A stretch of DNA of 64,000 nt, taken from Squalus acanthias. Taxonomy: Eukaryota. Position numbers and translations under genes: made by a program. Shown here piece by piece: positions 52,113 to 62,369 of the stretch; the stretch's first letter is position 1; every line of letters starts with the position of its first letter. Below the pieces are notes generated by a model. That model was not told where the DNA came from and made no database searches. It saw nothing but the letters and a program-made list of their open reading frames with translations. The DNA lies in contig CM059428.1 in the NCBI GenBank assembly GCA_030390025.1, positions 148,986,001 through 149,050,000 of the forward strand, given 5' to 3'.

Positions 52113-53791
52113 GATAACAATATGCAGACTTTCAGTGCAACATAATTTTTTATAGCACTACTATAATTTTTTCTTAGTGCAGCTACCTGAGAACATAAAA
52201 GATCTAAAAATGTTCATCAATAATAAAGAAATATCGACCAAATTCTAAAGACTGCAGTGCAGAATTAACAACAGTGGTTATAATTATTGTACACTTGCGG
52301 GGGAAAAATTCAGTATCGACCATTTTGGGGTGCTAACATCGCCCGGGCGCAAACTTTAGCGCCCGGCGCTAATTACCGCAAAATTCAGTTTTTAGCCCCC
52401 AGAGGGAAGTGGAGCGCTAAATCAAGCGCTACACACTTCTCTTAGAGCGCTAACGTCGGGGAGCAGAGCGCTACCTCAGAGCGCTACTCAAGCTCACGCA
52501 GTCAATTACTTGGTACTCAGGCAGACTGGCGCCTTCCAGTTCTTAAAGGGGAGGGCCAATCATGCTGCACAGCCTCACTCTGATCATTGCTGCTTGTGAC
52601 CTGGGCCTGCAAGGAGCTGCAATCCATCAACCACAAACCTCAAGGCTGCTCAGAGGCCCAGGGAGAGAGATCGCTGGTTCAGCGACCAGGCATTGGAGGC
52701 TCTGGTTGTGGCTGTGGAACGCCGATGGGCAGTGCTGTTCCCAGACACTGGCAGGAGGCCATTGCCCCGGGAGTTCACAAGGATGTGGAGGGAGGTGGCC
52801 CAGTACGTCTCGTCCAGAAGCCTGGTCCAAAGGACACACACGCAGTGCCGTCAGAATTTCAACGATCTCACTTGGGTGGTCAGGGTGAGTACATGCGTCA
52901 AAAACCTCGACATCCCACCATCTCAACCTCACTCTGTGCACAGACGGTATAAACCGCCAAATCCCCAACACTCGCCCAACAACTATGCCCATCTACTAAA
53001 AGTCACATCCACATCTCACGCCTTGCAGACATGAACAGCTATTCGACTATGGTAGGTACATCTGCCAAACACATGGCTGCACACTCACTCACACGCTGTC
53101 CTTTTTCTTGCAGGCCAAGCTTGCTCATAACAGGAGGGAGCAACAACGCACGAGAGGAGGTCAGGCGGAGCTGCACCCCCTTACACAGCTGGTGGAGCGA
53201 GTGCGCAGCATCATCACGGTCCAGGTTGTGGGCGCTGTGGCAGTCCCGAGGGTGAGTGCGCGCTCGAGTTCTGCTGCACAGGACTCAGATGAGGAACTCG
53301 ATGTCGAGGCGATGAGCATGCATACTGAGCTCATGGGTGCAATGGCAAGGGTGCCCGAGAGCATGGATGCACTGGCTTGGAGCGTGAAGGAGTCCGCCTC
53401 CAGCATTGCTCTTATCTCTGTGCAAACCTTCGAACCCATCCTTGGCACTTAGCAGAGGATGGTGACTCACAGAGAGACCGCGGGGACCCAGACCTCATGC
53501 CGCGTGTCATGGGTGAGGTGGCAGCAGCTATTGCAGCACAGGCCGAGGCAACTGGAGTCAGTGGTTGGTGGCATCCAATCTCAGACTGCTCTCATGCAGT
53601 CTCAGATTGACGCTATGCAAGCGCTGACTGCTGCCAACGTCGCTGGGTCACCTACTGTCCACCGGGGATCTCACTGTGCCGCAGCAGGCCAGCAATCTGT
53701 GCTCGAGCAGATTGCTCCGGATGCTGAGGTACTGCCCCGGGGGAGTGGCAGTGCGTCGGTCGAGCAGGAAGGTGCTATCCTCTCTCAGGAT

Positions 53792-54205
53792 TCCGCACTC
53801 ATGAGGAGGGCCTCAATCGCGATATCGGGTTCATGTCACGATACAGAACGTGACTTGACATCATGGCCGGTCTTCCCAGGTGTTTTTTTTTTAAAAAGGC
53901 TAACACAAGAACCTACACAGATTGACAGGATATGCAGCCAGCAGGTGGTTTGACACGTTGGACCCCCTGGGACACATCTCATTGTCTTGGCTATGCTCTT
54001 TGATGTGGGAAAGATTTGAATATATTTTGTCTGTGTTTAAATTGTGAATTCTGGGAGATTCTCTCACTGCTAAACTTACCTGACGAAGGAGCGAACTGCT
54101 CCGAAAGCTTGTAAAATTAAATAAATCTGTTGGACTATAACCTGGTGTTGTGCGACTTCTCATTTTTGTCCACCCCAGTCCAACGCCGGCATCTCCACAT
54201 CATCA
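53792..54205 (+). mobile_element. Penelope-like element 3' fragment with 12-bp TSD
   Basis: TSD ctctctcaggat at 53780-53791 and 54206-54217; begins with the ORF C-terminus FRTHEEGLNRDIGFMSRYRT* (53791-53853; GLN motif typical of PLE GIY-YIG ends); hammerhead motif; AATAAA. Confidence 0.88.
54076..54114 (+). ncRNA. Minimal type I hammerhead ribozyme motif
   Basis: TTAC-CTGACGA-A-GGAGC-gaact-GCTCC-GAA-AGCT-T-GTAA: core boxes CUGANGA and GAAA, 5-bp stem II, palindromic AGCU stem III, and TTAC/GTAA stem I. Confidence 0.72.
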
Positions 54206-54800
54206 CTCTCTCAGGATGACAGCATTCCTGCTCCCACCACTGCACTTGCCGCAGCCTGTAACCCAGCCAGCCCAGACTGCTGCCACCCATGCAGAGTTGG
54301 TGCAGTCTGCAGCCAGGGCCTTCCAGGCTCAGAGCTGGTCGAGGGCATCCTGCAAGGCCATCTGCAGTCTCTGGTGCCCAGACTCAGCAGCCTTCTGCCA
54401 GCCTTGCTGCAGCCACTGGGGCCCCATTACGGAGGAGCAGTAGGGTTGGGAGGGGGGAATTGCAAAGGGGAGGGACATCATTGAGGAAGGCCCAGCGAAT
54501 AAAATGTTAATAGCAACTGGGGGGAGTGTGTACACAACAGTTGATGTGTTTGTAAATATATTGTTCAGTTTGGTAAGAAATATTTCCGTTTGCTAAGAAC
54601 CAGTTGTGTTTGTTCATAAATTGCTGTGTTTGTTTATTACTGGTTGTGTTTGATGAGAGAGAGTTGTGCAGAATAATAAATGTTTATTTCGATGTAGCAA
54701 ATTTTGTGATGTTTCTCATTTGAGCTTTGCCCGGTGATCGGGGCTGCGAGCTGGCTGTAATGATGTGGCTGTTCTGAGCAAATGCCATCTGCTCGCTCAT

Positions 54801-55972
54801 TTATTGGAAGCGCTGTGTAATGAGGCGTTCACGAACGGCCCTTGCAGAAGCAACATTGAGTGGCTCCCTCCTACGTTGGTGCTGCTCCTCCTCCTCTTCA
54901 TCCTCCTCTTCTGCCACCTCCTCCTCCTGTCCCTCTTCCTCCTCCTGAGGTGGACCTGCAATCCCTGGTGGCAATGGCTGGGCCCTCAGAATGGCCAGGT
55001 TGTGCAGCATGCAGCACACAACAATGAAAAGGGAGACTCGATCAGGGTAGTATTGCAGGGCTCCTCCAGAGGCAGCGGATCCGTTACTTTAGCACACCGA
55101 TAGTCTGTTTGATCAGGTTCCTGGTGGCGCTGTGGCTGTCATTGTATGCGTGCTGAGCAGGAGTGTTGGGGTTGCGGAGGGGTGTCATCAGCCAGGTGGC
55201 GAGTGGATAACCCTCGTCTCTGAGCAGCCAGCCGCGAGCTTCATGTGGTGGTTGGAACAGTGCTGGTACACCAGTCTGTCGCAGGATGAATGCATCGTGG
55301 CTGCTGCCAGGATAGCAGGCATTGACGGCGAGGATGCGCTGTCTGTGGTCGCACACCAACTGCACATTCAGAGAGTGGTAGCCTTTGCAGTTATGGAACA
55401 CCTCTGCATTGTGATGAGGTGCCCGCAATGCCATGTGGGTGCAGTCAATGGCGCCCTGAACCATGGGGAAGCCCGCGATCCTTGCAAAGCCACATGAGCG
55501 TTCCTGCTGTTTGTCTCTGGTCATGGGGAATGAGATGTACTCCCTACTCCTTCTGTACAGAGCATCTGTGACCTCCCGGATGCAGCAATGGACAGCGAAC
55601 TGTGAAATGTTTGCAATAACCCCTGTTGAAGCTGGGAAGAAGTCGCTGGCGTAGAAATCGAGAGCAACTGTGACTTTTCACTGCCACCGACAGAGACGTC
55701 CTGGTCCTGAGCTGAGGCTGGAGCTCTGGCTGCAGGAGGTGGCAGAGCTCAGTGACCACCTCCTTGCTGAAGCGGAGCCTTCTAAAACACTGCTCCTCTG
55801 AGAGATGACTGTAGGAGAACTGCTGCCAGAATACCCTGGGAGGGTAAGGTCTCCTGTGCAGAGCCCTGTTGGCCCTCCTCCCTCTGGCCACATTTTCCAA
55901 TCTTTCTCTCTGCCTCCGCTGCCTCCGACGGTGAAGCTGGAGGGCGAGATCCCGTGCCAGTGCAACCCCCAT
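54801..55972 (-). pseudogene. Harbinger DDE transposase (HARBI1-like), disrupted
   Basis: MGVAL...FRRLRFSKEVVTELC; frameshift near 55680; GFPMVQGAIDCTH, KGYHSLNVQLVCD, PGSSHDAFIL, LLRDEGYP and TRNLIKQTIGVLK*; C-terminal CCMLHNLA and acidic tail. Confidence 0.93.
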
Positions 55973-57259
55973 TAAGTGCTGGAAATGTTGCAGTGTCAAA
56001 AGTAAGACAGATGAACCTGATAACATTTTTGTCAGGAGCAAAACTCCTTCAAGCAGGAAAACCTTAAATGGGTCAAAACGCCTGTCTGCTTCTGTCAAAG
56101 TGACAAGGCAGCATTGTTGGCTGACAACAAAAAAAACAGGAAGTGCGCGCCTTTAAATAGCGCTCCTGCAGCTCCCAGCAAACCGCCTCCTCTACCTGTC
56201 GTTCCAAACGGCAGGTGCTGAGGCAGAGCGAAAATGAATTTCCTGTCTGGGGCGCTACCGGAGCGATGCGCGGCTGGATGATGTCACGATCTCCGGGCGC
56301 AGGAGATCATGGCTGTAGTGTTTAGCGCCACCGCAAACCACCAGGTGAATTTCGGCAGCGGCGCTAACATCGCCGAGCTCAGGCAGTAAGTCATTAGCGC
56401 CCCCCAGAGGCGCTAACCAACCGAATATCTCCCCCTGGATGTCTTATCTGGAACCCAAGAGGTTCCAGCATTTACAATCCAAAAACTGAAGTCAATATTC
56501 ATTTTTTTAACACCCTATGGCTAACATACTAATACTTCAACTACACTAATCTAATTCAGTAAATATTGCAATAGATTATAGTCTCCTTAGGACAAAAGAA
56601 ATCTGTCAGGGTTTTGACATAACTGTGAAGATGCAGTCCCTCTTCAAGGAATCCAAGCAGAAATGGTAACACGATTGAATATATTTTCCTCCCTTCACTA
56701 ATTTTACCACAAAAGATGGCGAGAGTATGAAGCTGGTTTCTTCATTTTATACTTAGACATTTTGCTTACACTAGTAAACAAAGGTAAAAAAGGTGTCTGT
56801 ATTACCAGTTACACCAGAGGCTTTTTTCTATGTTAGAGGCGCTAAACAAATGCAAGTTGTTGATGTCGGGAAAATTGAATTGGAATATCACGGCTGCTGG
56901 CTCCTCTTGCTTTCTCCCGATTAGCCATACGAATTTTGGAATAGGTCTCACAGCAGGTTGCCTTTATGCCCATAGGGGTAGAACTACCCAAGAATAAAAA
57001 ATAAATCAGCTGGATGTTCAAAGCGGTAATTTTTGTTATATATGGTATAATGCAACTATTTTTGAGAATTATTCGCCCTTCTAAATTGCAACAGCTTCAA
57101 TTTAAATCCAACTCGGTATAAATTTACGGAGCAGTTTATTTGGTAAGACTCAACATTGCTCACTTCACATGGGATGCAAATAAATATCAACAGAAAAATA
57201 GAATTTCCGGTTACAAACCTGCGAAAAAGAACTATACTTGTGAGGTAACATCAAGTCGA

Positions 57260-58262
57260 CAGCACACAAACAGGCCCTTCGGCATAACTGGTCGATGCTG
57301 GCGTTTATGCTCCACACAAGCCTACTCCCACCCCTCTTTCTCTAACCCTATCAGCATATCCTTCTACTCCTTTCTCCCTCCTGTGCTTATCGAGCTTACC
57401 CTTAAATGCAGCTATGCTATTCACCGCAACTACTACTTGTGGTAGCGAGTTTCATATTGTTACCACTTTTGGGTAAAAATCATTCTCCTGAATTCCTTAC
57501 TGGATCTATTACTGACTATCTTATATTTATGACCTCAAGTTTTGGTCTCCCCCATAAGTGGAAATATTTTCTCCACTTCTACCCTGTCAAACCCTTTCAT
57601 AATCTTATAGACCTCGATCACGTCACCCCTCAACCTTCTCTTTCTAGAGAAAAGAGCCCCAGCCTGTTTAGTCTTTCATGATAGTTGTAACCTCTCAGTT
57701 CTAGCATCAGCATTGTGAATCTTTTTTGCCCCTTCCCCAATGTCTCTATATCCTTTCTATAATACGGAGACCAGAATGGTGCACAATACTCCAAGCAAGT
57801 TTAACATAACTTTGCTGCTTTTCAGTTCTATCACTCTAGAAATGAACACCAGTGCTTGGTTTGCTTTTTCTGATGGCCTTATTAACTTGCATCACTACTA
57901 TTAGTGATTTGTGTGTCTGTACCCAGAGATCTCTTTGCTCCTCTACCCCATTTAGACTCCTATTATCCAAGCGATATGTGGCCTCCTTATTCTTTCTACC
58001 AAAATGCACGACCTCACACTTATCTATATTGAAATTCATTTACCAATTACACACCCATTCTGCAAGTTTATCGATGTCTTCTTGTATAGTTTGTTGCATT
58101 CTTCCTTTGTGTTAACTACGCCCCCCAATTTGGGGTTATCCTCAAATTTTGAAATTGTACTTCCGATTCCCGAGTCCAAATCGTTAATGTAAATTGTGAA
58201 CAACGGTGGTCCCAGCACCGATCCCTGTGGAACACCACTTCCCACCTTTTGCCAGTCTGAGT
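57260..58262 (-). mobile_element. CR1 LINE fragment, degenerate
   Basis: [22 protein letters not shown] and FNIDKCEVVHFGRKN on the minus strand. Confidence 0.9.
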
Positions 58263-59084
58263 ATGTTGCAGGGGATTTTGCAGCTTCATGGATTATTTAA
58301 ATAAAAGTCAAGCAGTTTCTGGTTTGTGGTCTGATCCTCTTCCTGGTTGTCATCTTTGTGATGAAAATAATATAAAATATGAAAACCATCTTCAGAGATT
58401 AACAGCAGCAGGACAGTTCATTTTTAGGGAGCCTAATTATTCACAAAATAAAAGCTATTTAATTTTTCATAAAGCTTTTTTTTTTCCAGAGGAACTACAG
58501 AATACATTAGTTCCATCTTGACAATACTCAGTTTGCTTTTCTATACAGTGCTTCTGGGATAGTCCAAATACCTCAATTCAAAACTGATACGTTTGGAGAA
58601 TTCTCAATTCTGTTCAGCGAAAGTTGAATTTATACTTAGTGAATGTAATTTTTTTTTTAATTCACAGAGGAACGTAAATTTAATTGGTTATTTATGGCAT
58701 GCATATTTTAAATTAGGTTCACAAGCTCCTTACTATGTCCTATGTTGTGTGGAATTCATGCAAGATATTTTGACTCACTATCTTGAGTCATCTTCAGCTT
58801 CGAAATAGGTTTTAATTAATAATTGGGCCCAGTATCAGCAGCTGTGCCACAGAGGGAGACCCAAGTATTGGAAGACGGTTCCCAATTTTTGTACTGATCA
58901 CTCACCAAAGGCAATCGAATTCCTCATATAAACTCAAGCTTAACCTTATACATTCAATGTTTGCAGCAGCTTTGCACTGGATTTACAATCTACCCTGTGC
59001 TGCTGAGATATACACCAAGCATAGTACATACAGGACTGCCTGTCCAATAGATGGAAAAACATCATGCTGATAGATTGACATCCA

Positions 59085-59455
59085 CTCATTCGACAAACAT
59101 CCACTATAAGCCCACTGACTCCCACAGCTACCTGGACGACACTTCCTCCCACCCCGCTTCCTGTAAGGACTCTATTCCATTCTCCCAGTTTCTCCGTCTC
59201 CGCCGCATCTGCTCTGACGATGCCACCTTCCATACTAGTGCTTCCGATATGTCTTCCTTTTTCCTCAACTGAGGATTCCCCTCTACCGCGGTTGACATGG
59301 CCCTCGACCGTGTCCGTTCCATTTCCCGCACTTCTGCTCTCACCCCTTCCCCTACCTCCCAGAACCACGATAGGGTTCCCCTTGTCCTCACCTTTCACCC
59401 CACCAGCTTCAACATTCAACGGATCATCCTCCACCATTTCCGCCACCTCCATCAT
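59085..59455 (+). mobile_element. Penelope-like element internal fragment (end of RT / linker)
   Basis: STNIHYKPTDSHSYLDDTSSHPASCKDSIPFSQFLRLRRICSD...RVPLVLTFHP, typical of the PLE RT C-terminal region. Confidence 0.88.
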
Positions 59456-59699
59456 TTTATACTCGAAATGGTAATGGACAGAAAGAGACATGGACCTCCT
59501 CCCTCTATCAAGAATGAAATCACATCCACAGAAATCATCTGATAAAACCACCCAAAACAATATAAAAGGAACTGAAACTGAAGGGAGAGAATCAAATACA
59601 AACAGGCACAAGAGAAGAAACAGCAACAGCCCCAAGTTTAGAATTACAACATTAACACCCAGTGTTGCCTGTGACTGGTGCCCAACTTCTGCACAGCGA

Positions 59700-60240
59700 A
59701 TGCCTGTGAAATTCTTACACCTGGTAAAACCTGGTAAGCCCTGCTTTTACCAGCATAAGAGTTTTTTAAAAAAAAACAGAAAAATAAAATGTTATCAGTA
59801 ATTTATACATTTAAAAACTTACGGTAAGTTTATTTTTAGCCCCTTTAGGCATGTTTTGAAAAAAATTAATTTTTGTTTTAAATATTTAATTAAATGCCAT
59901 TTTAATTAATTTTAAATATGTCATTTATTTATTTGTTTGATGTCTCGGTGTATTTTTTGGGGTATTCCCATTCATGTTTATGGGGTTTCCTTACATACGG
60001 AATCCCGATAAGCATGAATGGGGATTCCCTTCTTTCATTCGTTGGGCCGGCCCACGTGATCCCAGGGGCGCTCGCGAACCGCCTATGCCCCTGGGGTATG
60101 TGGGCCTCTGCCCGCGCGTACCCGGAGAGTCCCAGGACCGTGAGTCTCTGTGGACCCCGAGGCCCCAGGTACGTGGGCATTTTATTTGCGGATCGGAGGC
60201 ATTTTCCCCGCGGGAAGCCTCCGATTGCAAATTCAGGGCC
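59700..60240 (-). mobile_element. Harbinger-type MITE, truncated inverted relative of 4829-5577
   Basis: The reverse complement aligns with 4829-5375; one TIR tgcaaattcagggcc at about 60226-60240. Confidence 0.8.
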
Positions 60241-60529
60241 ATACGTCACCTCAATCTTTGGCTTTGCACACGATTTAGGTAAGCCAATGGTCAATAATCT
60301 ACCACTTGATCTCATAAACTACAATCAATATCATAGAATCGAAATATTGATGTTTCCGCTGCTGTTTTTCTCAGTTACTTCAAATTATTTTTCTAAAATA
60401 CTCGGAAACTTTGGTGAAATTTTGTTCCAGCATCCTCAGGCTGAACACAGTGGAACTAGTAAAATACTACCTCATTAATAGTTTGTCAATTTGGGCTTCT
60501 GTATAGACACATCCTACTGGACCATCATT

Positions 60530-60785
60530 GACCCAAGGCCAGCTCTACAGCCCCGCCAAGTCACACACCATCCTGACTTGGAAATATATAGCCGATCCTT
60601 CATCGCCATCAAAATCCTGGAACTCCCTCCCTAACAGCACTGTGGGAGCACCTTCACCACACGGACTGCAGCGGTTCAAGGCGGCAGCTCACCACCACCA
60701 CCTTCTCAAGGGCAATTAGGGATGGGCAATAAATGCTGGCCTTGCCAGGGACGCCCACATCCCATAAACAAATAAAAGAAAAAGC
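60530..60785 (+). mobile_element. 3' end of the second LINE lineage
   Basis: SKSWNSLPNSTVGAPSPHGLQRFKAAAHHHHLLKGN*; gacgcccacatcccataaacaaataaaag. Confidence 0.88.
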
Positions 60786-61756
60786 CCTCCCCATTACAGC
60801 CAACAAATAAAGTGCATACTCTGTGTTAGTATAGTCATGGAATCAGGTACACAACCCCCAATCTATTCAAAAAACGAGGTGATTTAAAAAAAAATACGAC
60901 AGCTCAGCCACCCGTTTAAAAAAAAAAATTGGGTTAGGCCCAGTTGAAGTGTGTGGTTGAGTAAATAAACCTAGAATGGCCGAATTCATGTTATCCTTGA
61001 TGGGGTTCTCATCACCAACGCATTTTTTGTACACATACATGCGCAAACACAAATATACACTTGGAAGACTCTCCAATCTTGACTTTCAAATTTCACCAGC
61101 TACACAATTATTTTTCTTGATTACAGATCCCAGATAACCGTTTGAAAAACCATACTACAAAGCGAATGAAGAAGAGGAATCTGGGCAATCTTTCACTAAC
61201 GAAAGAAAATGCCTTAATGCCTTATTCCACAGACACACGAAGGTAATGATTCATCTCAGTGCTTTTTAATGTCCGTATAGCACGCTGGGCCATAGTAACT
61301 GGTTTCGTTTCAGTTAACCCAATTCTTCAGAAATAAAACAGAGAAACTGCTTTAAATTGACTTGAGGAGCTGATGGTGGGAGAGTTTCCTTTCAAAAATC
61401 GAATTCCACTCGAAGTGGTGCGTCAGTGTTACAACTGATACCATGGTTTCAAGTACATTCCAAAAATAAACCAACCACTGGCCTCAATGCATTTGGGCTG
61501 ATTCCCAAAGCCTGTTTAACACCACTCAAGTTAAATGCACTTTTAAACAGTCTGGGGGGAAGGGGGGGGGGGGGGGCGGTGAGAATCCTTAATTTCTAAA
61601 GGAGATAACACTTTTGCTTTTAATCAGTTTGATCAGAAGGTCATGAACAATAAAAAAGTAGCCAACAGAATCAACATTTTCAGTTGATAATGTTCAGCAA
61701 ACCCGAACAACAGGTTCTTAAACTTCAGACTCACTGGTAAGTGACCTCCTTACTTA

Positions 61757-62146
61757 TTGAAACATATAAGATACTGAGGGGGCTCGACAAGGTAGATGCA
61801 GAGAAGATGTTTCCCCTCATAGGGGAAATCTAGAACTAGGGTGCATTGTTTCAGAATAAGGGGTCACCCATTTAAAACTGAGATGAGGAGAAATTTCTTC
61901 TCTCAGAGAGTCGTAAATCTGTGGAATTCTCTGCCCCAGAGAGCTGTGGAGGCTGGGTCATTGAATATATTTAAGGTGGAGATAGACAGATTTTTGAACA
62001 ATAAGGGAGTGATGGGTTATGGGGAGCAGGCAGGGAAATGGAGCTGAGCCCAAGATCAGATCAGCCATGATCTCATTAAATGGCGGAGCAGGCTCGAGGG
62101 GCCAAATGGCCTACTCCTGCTCCTATTTCTTATGTGCTTATGTTCT
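61757..62146 (+). mobile_element. CR1 3' fragment
   Basis: FKTEMRRNFFSQRVVNLWNSLP; ttcttatgtgcttatgttc tail. Confidence 0.92.
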
Positions 62147-62227
62147 CGGTAATTCCTGGTGTCGTATTTTGCAATGATCAATAACTGCAGAATAGCAATA
62201 TACTTTCCCAAATCATTTTCATTAGTT

Positions 62228-62369
62228 CCACAAAAAGCAAAAAACTGAAGATGCTGGAAACACAGAACAAAAACAGAAAATGCTGGCAACATTCAGCAGG
62301 TCAGACAACACCTGTGCAGACAGTAGAGGAGCAATGCTCTGGGAGTGGACCCTTTGTCCTAAAACTGGG
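62228..62369 (-). mobile_element. Penelope-like terminal-repeat fragment, degenerate
   Basis: Similar to 43625-43765 (gatgctggaaa...aaaatgctgg...cagcaggtcag). Confidence 0.7.

Larger units (their letters stand above)
52650..54441 (+). pseudogene. Harbinger Myb/SANT-like (trihelix) DNA-binding protein gene, spliced and disrupted
   Basis: WFSDQALEALVVAVERRWAVLFP...MWREVAQYVSSRSLVQRTHTQCRQNFNDL; donor cagg|gtgagt at 52884; acceptor tttcttgcag|gcc at 53114 (AKLAHNRREQQRTRGG); a second donor at 53251; downstream region broken by a PLE insert; AATAAA at about 54498. Confidence 0.85.
52299..56435. mobile_element. PIF/Harbinger DNA transposon, autonomous-type but decayed (about 4.1 kb)
   Basis: TIRs gggggaaaaattcagt / accgaatatctccccc (13/16 match); convergent Myb/SANT-like gene (+) and DDE transposase (-); subterminal GCGCTA repeats. 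Confidence 0.92.

Noticed and set aside
54801-55972. Domesticated HARBI1 gene
   Set aside because: It has a stop and frameshifts, an altered catalytic position, and lies between TIRs with a Myb partner, so it is a transposon copy.
58946-59635. 229-aa minus-strand ORF
   Set aside because: It is the antisense shadow of the Penelope fragment plus flanking sequence, with no domain.
61553-61578. G-run as a functional G-quadruplex
   Set aside because: A simple homopolymer with no other support, and prone to sequencing error.
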